Assembly (NCBI GenBank): GCA_045651785.1
Contig: JAZRTE010000102.1
Coordinates: 1-55,641 of the forward strand
DNA length: 55,641 bases
Reading direction: 5' to 3'
Origin: Eubacteriales bacterium
Lineage (GTDB): Bacteria > Bacillota > Clostridia > Oscillospirales > CAG-382
The translations under genes and the position numbers were made by a program. This document shows, one piece after another, positions 33,634-43,340 of the stretch. The first letter of the stretch is position 1. Each line of letters begins with the position of its first letter. Under the pieces are notes generated by a model. It made no database searches and was not told where the DNA came from. It saw only the letters and a list, made by a program, of their open reading frames with translations.

Positions 33634-33662
33634 TTGCAATTGTGTTAAAGCGGCAGTATAAT
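33634..33662 (+). promoter_or_regulatory. Sigma-70-like promoter, TTGCAA-17-TATAAT
   Basis: TTGCAA 33634-33639 and TATAAT 33657-33662. Confidence 0.55.
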
Positions 33663-33691
33663 AAAACATACTAAAAATTTTGGAGGTTATT

Positions 33692-33931
33692 ATGGATCTT
33701 CTTAAGAAAATTTGGCCCTTTTCTTTCGTAACCAAAAAGGATATTGCATCGCTCGTTATCAACGTTGTTATTCAACTCGTTATCGGTATCGTTCTCGGCT
33801 TCGTTATCGGTCTTTTGGCAGGCATTCCCATCATCGGCATCATCGTCGGTCTTGTTTGCGGCCTTATCGACCTTTACATCCTCGTCGGCATCGTTCTTTC
33901 GTTCCTCGATTATTTCAAGATTTTGAAATAA
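33692..33931 (+). CDS. Small hydrophobic membrane protein (79 aa)
   Basis: ATG 33692 follows GGAGG. Two Gly/Ile/Val-rich TM segments. A terminator follows. Confidence 0.65.
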   Translation: MDLLKKIWPFSFVTKKDIASLVINVVIQLVIGIVLGFVIGLLAGIPIIGIIVGLVCGLIDLYILVGIVLSFLDYFKILK

Positions 33932-33949
33932 TAAATGCACAGCTTTAAA

Positions 33950-33983
33950 TTACCGCTTGTTTTACGCAAGCGGTATTTTTTTG
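33950..33983 (+). terminator. Rho-independent terminator
   Basis: TACCGCTTG-ttttacg-CAAGCGGTA, followed by TTTTTTT. Confidence 0.8.
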
Positions 33984-34038
33984 TTGCGAAAACGGCAAAA
34001 ATCTTTGTTGAAAAAGTGCATTTACTTTCGCTATTTCC

Positions 34039-34067
34039 TTGACTTTATAGAAAGCAAATGGTACAAT
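34039..34067 (+). promoter_or_regulatory. Sigma-70-like promoter, TTGACT-17-TACAAT
   Basis: TTGACT 34039-34044 and TGgTACAAT ending at 34067; 30 nt upstream of polA. Confidence 0.6.
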
Positions 34068-34097
34068 AATACTGAATAATTATGTGAGGCAGACGCT

Positions 34098-36575
34098 ATG
34101 GGCAAAGCATTGATTTTTGACGGAAACAGCATATTGAACCGCGCCTTTTACGGAGTGCGTCCGTTGACCGCGCCCGACGGCACGCCGACAAACGCGATAT
34201 ACGGATTTGTCGGTATGATCAACAAGGCGATAACGCAGATAGGCGGCAATCCGACCTATGCGGCGATAGCGTTCGACCTCAAGGAAAAGACCTTCCGCCA
34301 CAAGGCGTGCGAAACCTACAAGGCAACGCGCAAGCCGATGCCCGAAGAATTAGCGCTTCAATTACCCATCGCGCATGAGATAGCAAATGCTTTGGGCTTA
34401 AAGGTGATCGAGATCGCAGGCTTTGAGGCAGACGATATTCTGGGCACGCTTTCGCACGAATTTTCAAAAATGGGCGAGCACACCTTTATCGTAACGGGTG
34501 ACCGCGACAGCTTTCAGCTTGTCAACGAAAACGTGACCGTTTTACTTGCCGCAAACGACGAAACAAAAATCACCACCCCGAAGGAAATTTTTGAAAAATA
34601 CGGGGTCGAGCCGAAAAAGCTTATCGACGTCAAGGCAATAATGGGCGACAGCTCGGATAACATAACCGGTGTCCCCGGCATCGGCGAAAAGGGCGCGACG
34701 AAGCTTATTGCCGAATACGACTCGCTCGACGGTGTTTACGAAAATATCGATAAGATCACGGGCGCAACCAACAAAAAGCTTGTTGACGGTAAGGAAAGCG
34801 CTTATATTTCACGTTTTCTTGCCGAAATCAAGCTTGACGTACCGCTTGATTTCCCTCTTGACGATTGCCTTTACAAGGGCGGAAACACCTTGAAGCTAAG
34901 AGAAGCGTACACGCGCTTGGGCTTCAGACAATTTCTTGAAAAGCTTGATTCCGTAGCTCCCGAAGCCGCGGCAGACGAGGAATTCAAAGACATTGCCGAC
35001 CTTGACGCAAGCGGCAAAACTATTTACGCTCATTGCGAGGACGAAAAGCTTTTCGTTTCCTGCGAAAACACACTTTATTCTGGCGATACAAAGGACATCT
35101 CGCGTCTGTCGGGATGTGAAAGATGCATCTGCTGGTCGGTCAAGGATGCTTTGCATATCGCAAAGCGAGAAAATATTATGCTTAACGCCAAGCTTGATGA
35201 CGTTTCGCTCCTTGCCTACGTAGTGTCCCCCGCCGACAACGGTGTGACCTTCGGCAAGCTTGCACTCGACCTTTTGGGCATCTCGTCAAGCGAGGTAAAG
35301 GTTTCGCTTTTGCCCGATATATATAACAGGCTTAACGAAAAGATCACATCCGAGCAAAAACAGCTTTACGATAATATAGAGCTTCCGCTTGCAAGCGTGC
35401 TTTGCGATATGGAGCACCGCGGCTTTAAGGTCGACAGATTGGCGCTTGACGATTTCGGCGCACGGCTTGATAAAGCGATAACCCAAGGCGAAGAAGCGAT
35501 ATGGTCGCTTGCAGGCGAAAAATTCAACATCAATTCACCCAAGCAGCTGGGCGCTATACTTTTTGAGGACCTCGGTCTTCCCCATTTCCGCAAGACCAAA
35601 AGCGGATATTCGACCGACGTTTCGGTTTTGGAGAAGCTTGTCGATTATCACCCGATAGTCGAGCATATTCTTGATTACCGCAAGGATACGAAGCTTAAAA
35701 ACACCTATTGCGACGGCTTGGGCAAGCAAATTACCGAAAACGGACGTATCCACACCACCTTCAAGCAAACTCAAACGCTCACGGGACGTCTTTCCTCGGC
35801 AGAGCCGAATTTGCAAAACATCCCCGTAAGAAGCGAAAAGGGCAAGGAATTGCGAAGGTTCTTTGTTGCGAGCGAAGGAAACGTTCTTATCGATGCCGAC
35901 TATTCGCAGATCGAGCTTCGCGTGCTCGCGCACGTTGCGAACGACGAAACGCTCATCAACGCGTTTTTAAGCGGCGAGGATATCCATACCGTCACGGCAA
36001 GTCAGGTGTTCGGTGTTCCTCGGGAGCTTGTCACGAGCGAAATGAGAAAGCGCGCAAAGGCGGTAAACTTCGGTATAATCTACGGCATAGGCGATTATTC
36101 GCTTTCTCAGGATCTTAAGATCCCCAAAAAGGTCGCGGCGGAATATATCCGTAACTACCTTGCGAAATACAGCGGCGTTTCGGAATATCTCGAATCGACA
36201 AAACGCTCAGCCCGTGAAAACGGCTATGTGGATACCATCTTCGGCAGAAGACGTTATATTCCCGAAATAAACGCAACGAACAAAAACCTCCAAGCGTTCG
36301 GCGAACGCGTTGCGATGAACACGCCGATTCAGGGCGCGGCGGCGGATCTGATAAAGATCGCGATGATCCGCACCGACAGAATGCTTCGCGAGGCAGGACT
36401 TAAGGCACGACTTATTCTGCAAATACACGACGAATTGATAATCGAATCGCCGATTGAAGAAGCCGAAAGAGCAGAAGCGATACTGCGCGAGGCAATGCAG
36501 GGCGCGGCAGAGCTTAAGGTGCCTCTGCAGGTGGATATCGGCAGTGGCAAGAGCTGGTTCGACGCAAAGGATTAA
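34098..36575 (+). CDS. polA: DNA polymerase I
   Basis: N-terminal 5'-3' exonuclease (FDGNSILNRAFYG, GFEADDILGT, VTGDRDSFQL). C-terminal family A polymerase motifs (DYSQIELRVLAH, RRAKAVNFGIIYG, QIHDELI). Confidence 0.97.
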   Translation: MGKALIFDGNSILNRAFYGVRPLTAPDGTPTNAIYGFVGMINKAITQIGGNPTYAAIAFDLKEKTFRHKACETYKATRKPMPEELALQLPIAHEIANALGLKVIEIAGFEADDILGTLSHEFSKMGEHTFIVTGDRDSFQLVNENVTVLLAANDETKITTPKEIFEKYGVEPKKLIDVKAIMGDSSDNITGVPGIGEKGATKLIAEYDSLDGVYENIDKITGATNKKLVDGKESAYISRFLAEIKLDVPLDFPLDDCLYKGGNTLKLREAYTRLGFRQFLEKLDSVAPEAAADEEFKDIADLDASGKTIYAHCEDEKLFVSCENTLYSGDTKDISRLSGCERCICWSVKDALHIAKRENIMLNAKLDDVSLLAYVVSPADNGVTFGKLALDLLGISSSEVKVSLLPDIYNRLNEKITSEQKQLYDNIELPLASVLCDMEHRGFKVDRLALDDFGARLDKAITQGEEAIWSLAGEKFNINSPKQLGAILFEDLGLPHFRKTKSGYSTDVSVLEKLVDYHPIVEHILDYRKDTKLKNTYCDGLGKQITENGRIHTTFKQTQTLTGRLSSAEPNLQNIPVRSEKGKELRRFFVASEGNVLIDADYSQIELRVLAHVANDETLINAFLSGEDIHTVTASQVFGVPRELVTSEMRKRAKAVNFGIIYGIGDYSLSQDLKIPKKVAAEYIRNYLAKYSGVSEYLESTKRSARENGYVDTIFGRRRYIPEINATNKNLQAFGERVAMNTPIQGAAADLIKIAMIRTDRMLREAGLKARLILQIHDELIIESPIEEAERAEAILREAMQGAAELKVPLQVDIGSGKSWFDAKD

Positions 36576-36581
36576 CAACTA

Positions 36582-38180
36582 ATGATGAAAGGCCACGGAG
36601 CATATACTCCGTGTGAAACAATAAATATTATGGAACTTAAAAATCTCAACGGCAGAAAAGCAAGAATGCTGCTTGTTTACCCCGACTATACCGACCGCGA
36701 GCTTACAAGCAAGCTCACAGGCGGTAACTACAGCGAGGGCTTGGCATCCATCTCGGCGGTTATGAAGCAGGGCGGACACGACGTTAAGCTTATGCACCTG
36801 CTTTACCTCCACAACGAGCAGGAATTCAAGGAAAAGCTTAAGGCATTGGGCGAATTCGATATTATCGGTTTTTCGATCCGCACCACCGCATTCCCCGACA
36901 GCCAGCTTTACATTAAATGGACAAGAGAAGTTTACCCGGACGTTCTTATTACCGCGGGAAGCTATCACTGCACACTCGCACCCGAAGAGGTTATTGCGCT
37001 TGACGAGCTCGATGCACTGACCATCGGCGACGGCGAATACCAGGCGCTTGAGCTTGCCGACAAGATGAGTGCGGGCGAGGATTACACCAACATTCTTTCG
37101 ATGTGGTTCAAAATGCCCGACGGAAGCGTTAAAAAGAACCCCGTTGCACCTTTGTTTGCCGACCTCGACAGACTTCCCATTCCCGACTTTGACCTTTTCG
37201 ATTACGACAATCTCGACAGCGTTAAGGTAGGCACCGCGATCGTTATGATGAGCCGCGGATGCAGATATAACTGTACCTATTGCGGAAACTCGCAGTTCAG
37301 AAACGTATATCCCAACAAGAAGATCTATTCTCGCTTCCGTTCTCCCCAAAACGGCATTCTTTACCTTAAGACTCTTCTTGAAAAGCATCCGCAGATCAAG
37401 GTCATCAACTTCCGCGATGCTATCTTCAATATGATGCCCGATTGGACCGAGGAATTTTTGGCGCTCTACACCAAGGAGATCCACCTTCCCTTCACCGGCA
37501 ACATCCGTTTTGACATTCTTACCGAGGAATCGGTACGTTTATTGAAGGAGGCGGGATGCTATACCATCGATATGGGCCTTGAAAGCGGCGATCAGGAAAT
37601 GCGCTTTAAGTATCTTAAGCGCTATATGACCGACGAAATGATAATCAACTGCAGTAAATGGTTCCATAAGCACGGTATCGCTCAGCTGACCTATAATATA
37701 ATCGGTCTTCCTTATGAGGATAAATACCGCGCGCTTAAAACAATCAAGCTCAACGCAAAGGCAGGCGCCGACCGCGTTATCCCCAACATCTTCTATCCCT
37801 ACCCCGGAACGAAGCTTTACGACATCGCAAAGGAGGGCGGCTTTATTCCCGAGGGCGGTGTTTCGCCCGATGCGCGCGTACCGCTCGTTCAGCCGCAATT
37901 CCCCGAGCACGAGGTATTGTATTTACAGGCATATTTCTCTCACTTCGTAAGAAGATACAAATGGGCTTACGCTATGCCCAAATGGCTCGGAAAGCCTTAT
38001 GAAAAATGGCTCGACCACCGCGCAACGGGTAAGCACGTACCCTATAAGCTTTTAGTCAAGCTTCACGACGGCTATGCAAAGGTGCGCAACGGACTTAAAA
38101 ACTTCCTTGTCGACCATCTCCCCAAGGTCTATATGAAGCTCCGTATGCTTAAGCATCGCAAGAAAGCAAAGAACAAATAA
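36582..38180 (+). CDS. B12-binding-domain radical SAM protein
   Basis: N-terminal Rossmann-like B12 region (MLLVYPDY...GGHDVKLMHL). Radical SAM cluster motif CRYNCTYCGN. Start is uncertain (36582 or ATG 36630). Confidence 0.85.
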   Translation: MMKGHGAYTPCETINIMELKNLNGRKARMLLVYPDYTDRELTSKLTGGNYSEGLASISAVMKQGGHDVKLMHLLYLHNEQEFKEKLKALGEFDIIGFSIRTTAFPDSQLYIKWTREVYPDVLITAGSYHCTLAPEEVIALDELDALTIGDGEYQALELADKMSAGEDYTNILSMWFKMPDGSVKKNPVAPLFADLDRLPIPDFDLFDYDNLDSVKVGTAIVMMSRGCRYNCTYCGNSQFRNVYPNKKIYSRFRSPQNGILYLKTLLEKHPQIKVINFRDAIFNMMPDWTEEFLALYTKEIHLPFTGNIRFDILTEESVRLLKEAGCYTIDMGLESGDQEMRFKYLKRYMTDEMIINCSKWFHKHGIAQLTYNIIGLPYEDKYRALKTIKLNAKAGADRVIPNIFYPYPGTKLYDIAKEGGFIPEGGVSPDARVPLVQPQFPEHEVLYLQAYFSHFVRRYKWAYAMPKWLGKPYEKWLDHRATGKHVPYKLLVKLHDGYAKVRNGLKNFLVDHLPKVYMKLRMLKHRKKAKNK

Positions 38181-38181
38181 T

Positions 38182-39012
38182 ATGGCAGGAATACTTTATA
38201 TCGTACCCACCCCAATCGGAAATATGGGTGATATGACACCGCGCGCAAAAGAGGTTTTGGAAAGCGTCGATTTCGTCGCGAGCGAGGATACGCGCGTCGG
38301 CGGTAAGCTTTTGATGCTTTTAGGCATAAAAAAGCCGCTTGTCAGCTATCACGAGCATACGTCAAAAAGCGCAACCGATTCGATAATCGAGCGCATTCGA
38401 AACGGCGAAAGCTGTGCGCTTATTACCGATGCGGGCACGCCTGCGGTAAGCGACCCCGGTGAAAAGCTTGTGCGCGAATGTGCCGATGCAGGCATCGAAA
38501 TAACCGCGCTCCCCGGAGCGTGTGCGGCGGTAACCGCAATCTCGGCATCGGGCTTGCCGTCAAGACGCTTTTGCTTCGAGGGCTTTCTTCCCGAAAACAA
38601 GCGCGAAAGACGCGAAAGACTCGAAGAGCTCTCACGCGAGAAGCGGACCTTTATTCTTTACATCTCTCCTCACGATATCGATTCCTATCTTCCCGAGCTG
38701 GCAAATATGCTCACAAGCCGTAAATGCGTTCTCGCAAAGGAATTGACCAAGCTTCACGAACGGTATTTGCGCGGCACGGTGAAAGAAATTGCCGAAAAAT
38801 TTCAAACGCTCTCACCCTCCGAAAAGAAGGGCGAATTCGTTATGATATGCGAGGGAATGAGCGAGGAGGATGCATTTTGGAAGGAAATGACCGTAGAAGA
38901 GCACGTCGAGCATTATATATCGCTCGGACTTTCCAAAATGGACGCCTGCAAGGCAACCGCGCGCGACCGCGGTGTCGGCAAGGGCGAGATCTATAAGTGC
39001 ATAAACAACTGA
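38182..39012 (+). CDS. rsmI: 16S rRNA (cytidine1402-2'-O)-methyltransferase
   Basis: LYIVPTPIGNMGDMTPRAKEVLESVDFVASEDTR and ITDAGTPAVSDPG, typical of RsmI tetrapyrrole-methylase-fold proteins. Confidence 0.9.
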   Translation: MAGILYIVPTPIGNMGDMTPRAKEVLESVDFVASEDTRVGGKLLMLLGIKKPLVSYHEHTSKSATDSIIERIRNGESCALITDAGTPAVSDPGEKLVRECADAGIEITALPGACAAVTAISASGLPSRRFCFEGFLPENKRERRERLEELSREKRTFILYISPHDIDSYLPELANMLTSRKCVLAKELTKLHERYLRGTVKEIAEKFQTLSPSEKKGEFVMICEGMSEEDAFWKEMTVEEHVEHYISLGLSKMDACKATARDRGVGKGEIYKCINN

Positions 39013-39025
39013 AAGGACTGTTTTA

Positions 39026-40432
39026 ATGAGATCTTTCGGGATCAGATTTTTAATAACCCTGCTTACAGCATGCCTTTGCTTTCCCGTTTTTGCGGTTAAT
39101 GCAGAGGATGAGGCTGTCAACGTCAGCCTTTCTGTCGAAGGCGAAGCGTACAAGGGCGGCGAGCTCACCTTGCGTGTTGCCGTCGGCAAGCCGACGACTG
39201 CATTGGCAGGAATAGAGTTCACACTTGCCTACGACAGCAAATACGTCGAGGCGAATATTACCCAAAACAACGGCGAAGCGCTTCAGACCGATGCCTTCGT
39301 TGCTTCTATGCCCAACGGTTGGGAGCAGATAAGCAGTCATAAGGAGGGTATTTATACCTTCCGCTTCGCTATGCCCGTAAACGGCAAGGATCTGCTCGAT
39401 AACGAAAACGAGCTTGTTCTTGAAATTCCCTTTACCGTGCGGTCGGCAGGCTCCTTCGACTTCGTAGTCGCAAGCGGAGATATTGTTGCGGTGGCAAACG
39501 ATAAGGAAAGCACCACTCATTCGGGCAACGGAGATAAGCTTTCGGTCGTTGCATCGAGCGAGGCACAAAAAATAGGCATTGAATTCAAGGGTAGCGATAC
39601 GGCAAACGAAAAGGGCAAATACGAGCTTGTTATCGAGGCGTTGAACCTCGGTGACACAAGCGGCATCGCCGCACTTGAATTTGAATTCACATATGACAAA
39701 AGCGTTTTTTCTCCCACGGTGACGACCAACGAAAACGAAGAAATGAACGTCTTTATGCAGGATATGCCGGGTGATTGGGAGCAAATGTGCTCGTTTGACG
39801 AGGTAAAGGGCAAATATTCTCTGCGCTTCGCCGCGAAAAATGCCGAATCGCTTACCGATGCCGACGTTTTGAAAACGGGCGAAAAAATGGTAATTACCGT
39901 ACCCTTTGAGGTCATCGGAGTCGAGGGTGATATCGCTTCGTTTATGGTCGAAGCATCGTCAATCATAGGTATCAACTGTGTAAACGGCTTTCTTTCGGGA
40001 AGCGGAAGCATCAAATCGGTAAGCGTTGAAAAAGCACCTGCAGGAACGATTCCCGACGGCTTGGGATATATTGTAAAGGACGGCTTTTTGATGTATATCG
40101 ACGAAAAAACGGCGGTTTCGGATTTTCTTGCGCCGTTTGACAGCGTATTTTCGGTGAATTCGTCGGGAAATATCATTTGCACGGGCGATATATTTACCGA
40201 CGGCAATGCGCTCACACTCCAGTTGATCGTCTGCGGTGACGTAAATGGCTCGGGTGATATTGAAAAATACGATTACATCCTCGTTAAGCGCTACTGTATG
40301 AGCACAATTTCGTTTAACGAAGCTCAGCTTCTTGCCGCGGACATAAACCGCAACGGAAGCGTTGATAAATACGATTATATTCTCGCAAAACGCCACTGCA
40401 TGGGCACTTTTACAATAAAGGCGGATGAATAA
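39026..40432 (+). CDS. Secreted protein with two cohesin-like modules and a C-terminal dockerin
   Basis: Signal peptide. Internal duplication (AGIEFTLAYDSKYVE...MPNGWEQI...LEIPFTV versus AALEFEFTYDKSVFS...MPGDWEQM...ITVPFEV). Dockerin duplicated Ca-binding segments GDVNGSGDIEKYDYILVKR and ADINRNGSVDKYDYILAKR. Confidence 0.8.
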   Translation: MRSFGIRFLITLLTACLCFPVFAVNAEDEAVNVSLSVEGEAYKGGELTLRVAVGKPTTALAGIEFTLAYDSKYVEANITQNNGEALQTDAFVASMPNGWEQISSHKEGIYTFRFAMPVNGKDLLDNENELVLEIPFTVRSAGSFDFVVASGDIVAVANDKESTTHSGNGDKLSVVASSEAQKIGIEFKGSDTANEKGKYELVIEALNLGDTSGIAALEFEFTYDKSVFSPTVTTNENEEMNVFMQDMPGDWEQMCSFDEVKGKYSLRFAAKNAESLTDADVLKTGEKMVITVPFEVIGVEGDIASFMVEASSIIGINCVNGFLSGSGSIKSVSVEKAPAGTIPDGLGYIVKDGFLMYIDEKTAVSDFLAPFDSVFSVNSSGNIICTGDIFTDGNALTLQLIVCGDVNGSGDIEKYDYILVKRYCMSTISFNEAQLLAADINRNGSVDKYDYILAKRHCMGTFTIKADE

Positions 40433-40878
40433 TGACAAGAAAAATAATTGCCGTTTTATTTTCGGCTGTAATGCTTTTTTCGCTTTGCGCTTGTACAGAG
40501 CAGTATGAAAAGGCAGATGATTACGCAACGAAGTTCATTTCGGCGCTTTGTCTGCGCGATGAAGCGGAGATGAAAAAATACGCGCACCCCGACTATACCG
40601 ACCAAGCAATACCCGACGACAGCTTTTACGAAACGCTTTCCACCCAATTCTTCGCTGTCGGCAATGAAATGACTATGCTGACGGGCGTAGGCAAGGCGGA
40701 GCTTGAAGACGGCACACAGTTTGGCGGCGATGCCATGAGATGTACGTACGTTGCTCAGGCAAACGAGCTGTTTTACACCGTCGAGCTTATCGTTTTGGAA
40801 AACGATAACGGCTACGGTATTGTTTCTGTCGCAATGGTGCTTAATACCGAGTATGATTATTACTTTCAGGGTGAATGA
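40432..40878 (+). CDS. Hypothetical lipoprotein
   Basis: Lipobox LFSLCAC. The TAATG stop/start overlaps the upstream gene. Confidence 0.7.
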   Translation: MTRKIIAVLFSAVMLFSLCACTEQYEKADDYATKFISALCLRDEAEMKKYAHPDYTDQAIPDDSFYETLSTQFFAVGNEMTMLTGVGKAELEDGTQFGGDAMRCTYVAQANELFYTVELIVLENDNGYGIVSVAMVLNTEYDYYFQGE

Positions 40879-41744
40879 TGAAAAAAATATCTAACACTTT
40901 AAAAAATTACGGCTTAATAACCATCGGATGCTTCCTTTTCGCGGCAGGCGTTTCGCTTTTCTTCGAGCCGAGCCATCTCGCCTCGGGCGGTGTTTCGGGT
41001 ATTGCGATCATTCTCAACAACTTTACCGATTTCATCCCCGTAGGTATGTGGGTCATCATCTTCAACGTACCGATAATGATCGCAGGCGTTTGGAAATTAG
41101 GCGCAAAGATTCTTTTGCCGACCATTTATGCCCTTACCGTCAGCTCGGGAATGATGACTCTGCTTGAGATCTCCTGCCCTCCCCTTACCCAAAATCCGAC
41201 GCTTGCGTGTATCGGCGGTGCAGTGCTCGTTGCGGCGGGCGTGGGTCTTGTTTTCCGCGGCGGTGCGACAACCGCAGGCACCGATATCATCGTTAAGCTT
41301 TTACGGCTTAAATTCCGCCATATCTCGACGGGTGCGATATTCCTTTTCACCGACGGATTGGTATGCCTTGCATCGGGTATCGTTTTCAAGGATTTCGATA
41401 ACGCGCTTTATGCGGCGATTGCTGTATTCATCCAAATGTTCGTGCTTAATATGGTGCTTTACGGCTCGGATGAGGCAAGAATGGTTTATATCATCAGCGA
41501 GCGTGACGAAATTATCGCAAAGCGTCTGCTTGAGGAGATCGATGCAGGCGCGACCTATTTAAACGGCAACGGCGCTTACACCGGTAAGAACCGCAAGGTG
41601 CTTATGTGTGCACTGAAGATGCGTGCGGTCCCTCAGGCGCGTGAGATCATCCGCCAAGAGGACAGCGAGGCTTTCGTTATCGTTACAAAGGCGACCAACG
41701 TATTCGGCGAGGGCTTTAAGAGTCACGTTGAGGACGATCTATGA
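40875..41744 (+). CDS. YitT family membrane protein (with C-terminal DUF2179-like domain)
   Basis: GLITIGCFLFAAGVSLFFEPSHLASGGVSGIAIIL is typical of the YitT family. 4-nt overlap upstream. Confidence 0.85.
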   Translation: MMKKISNTLKNYGLITIGCFLFAAGVSLFFEPSHLASGGVSGIAIILNNFTDFIPVGMWVIIFNVPIMIAGVWKLGAKILLPTIYALTVSSGMMTLLEISCPPLTQNPTLACIGGAVLVAAGVGLVFRGGATTAGTDIIVKLLRLKFRHISTGAIFLFTDGLVCLASGIVFKDFDNALYAAIAVFIQMFVLNMVLYGSDEARMVYIISERDEIIAKRLLEEIDAGATYLNGNGAYTGKNRKVLMCALKMRAVPQAREIIRQEDSEAFVIVTKATNVFGEGFKSHVEDDL

Positions 41745-42814
41745 TACATAAGACCGTCGAAGCGCTCTCCTCTCTCGTTGACTCACTGCGAGACGAAAAG
41801 CGCAGGATATTCCTTTACGGAATGGGCAACGGTGCGGAAAAGATTTATGCCTACCTAATCTCAAAAGGCATCGAAATAAGCGGTGTCGTCGCATCCGACG
41901 GCTTCGTGCGCGGTCAGGACTTTTTGGGCTTTAAGGTTATTTCGATAACCGAGGCGAGCGAATGCTACGGCTCGCTTTGCTTGATTCTCTGCTTCGGTCT
42001 TGAGGGCGAAAAATCGCACTTTTTAGCCAATATTGCGAAAAAACACCGTATACTTTCACCCAACCTTCCCGTTTTCGGCGACGGCGCTTGTGACAAGGAA
42101 TTTATTCTCGAAAATGCGGAATCGTTCGAGCGTGTTTATGAAATGCTTGCAGACGGCGAATCAAAGGAAATATTTTTAAATCTCATTAAATATAATGTTA
42201 CGGGCGAGCTTCGTTATCTTGAAAAAGGAAAAGCTCTCGATTGCCCGAAGGAATTTTACAATCACGAAAAACGGCATATCGACGTCGGCGCATACGACGG
42301 CGATACGGTTTTGGAATTTGTCAAGCATAGCGATAAATACAGCGATATAATTGCTTTTGAGCCCGATTATCTAACGTTTCGCCACTTTAAGAAAAACACC
42401 GAAAGCATCCGCGATTGTATCGGCATAAATGCGGCGGTCGGCAGATACGACGGAAAGGTTTCGTTTGCCTCGGGCGGCGGCAGAGCCTCGCACTGCGAAA
42501 AGGACGGCGACAATTTGATCGATTGCGTTTCTATCGATAAATTTTGCGAATTTACGCATATCCATGCAAAGGGTGTGTCCGTCGGAAGCATTAAAATAGA
42601 TGCCGAGGGTATGGACGAGGATGTCATTTGCGGTGCGGTGAACACGATTTATTGCTGCAAGCCAAACCTTGCGGTCGCACTTTACCACCGCGCAGGTGAT
42701 TTGATCGACCTGCCGTTGCTTATCAAAAAGCATTATCATAAATATGAATTTTATTTAAGAAAAAAGGAATACGTTCCCGCATGGGATATATTCCTTTACG
42801 CAATAAAACGGTAA
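41741..42814 (+). CDS. FkbM-family methyltransferase
   Basis: IDVGAYDGDTVLEF (SAM motif I) and IKIDAEGMDEDV, typical of FkbM. 4-nt overlap upstream. Confidence 0.75.
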   Translation: MIHKTVEALSSLVDSLRDEKRRIFLYGMGNGAEKIYAYLISKGIEISGVVASDGFVRGQDFLGFKVISITEASECYGSLCLILCFGLEGEKSHFLANIAKKHRILSPNLPVFGDGACDKEFILENAESFERVYEMLADGESKEIFLNLIKYNVTGELRYLEKGKALDCPKEFYNHEKRHIDVGAYDGDTVLEFVKHSDKYSDIIAFEPDYLTFRHFKKNTESIRDCIGINAAVGRYDGKVSFASGGGRASHCEKDGDNLIDCVSIDKFCEFTHIHAKGVSVGSIKIDAEGMDEDVICGAVNTIYCCKPNLAVALYHRAGDLIDLPLLIKKHYHKYEFYLRKKEYVPAWDIFLYAIKR

Positions 42815-42830
42815 ATACGGAGGTATTTTT

Positions 42831-43334
42831 ATGGGATTTAAGGAAATAAAGGCGTCGGATGTCAACGGCTCGGTTTTTTCGGATATCGGAAGCAAATGGA
42901 TGCTTATCAGCGCACAAAAGCCCGACGGAAGCATTAACACTATGACGGCAAGCTGGGGTACTATGGGTGTGCTTTGGAACAAAAACGTTTTCGTTTGCTT
43001 TGTAAGGCCGCAACGCTATACCCACGAATTTACCGAAGCGAGCGATAATATTTCGATTTCGTTTTTCGGCGAGGAATACCGCGAAGCGCTTACGGTTTGC
43101 GGTAGGAAAAGCGGCAGAGATTGCGATAAAATAAAGCTTGCGGGACTGACGCCCTTTACCAATGAAAACGGCGTCGGCTTTAACGAGGCCGAACGCATTA
43201 TCTACGGCAAAAAGATATATGCGGGCAAGCTTGACCCCAAATGCTTCCTTTCGGACGACATTGAAAAGCATTACAACAACGACTACCACACGGTTTATAT
43301 TTGTGAAATCGAAAAGATTGAAGAAAAGGAATAA
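42831..43334 (+). CDS. Flavin reductase-like (FMN-binding split-barrel) protein
   Basis: WMLISAQKPDGSINTMTASWGTMGVLWNKNVFVCFVRPQRYT pattern; GGAGG RBS. Confidence 0.75.
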   Translation: MGFKEIKASDVNGSVFSDIGSKWMLISAQKPDGSINTMTASWGTMGVLWNKNVFVCFVRPQRYTHEFTEASDNISISFFGEEYREALTVCGRKSGRDCDKIKLAGLTPFTNENGVGFNEAERIIYGKKIYAGKLDPKCFLSDDIEKHYNNDYHTVYICEIEKIEEKE

Positions 43335-43340
43335 CAAATC

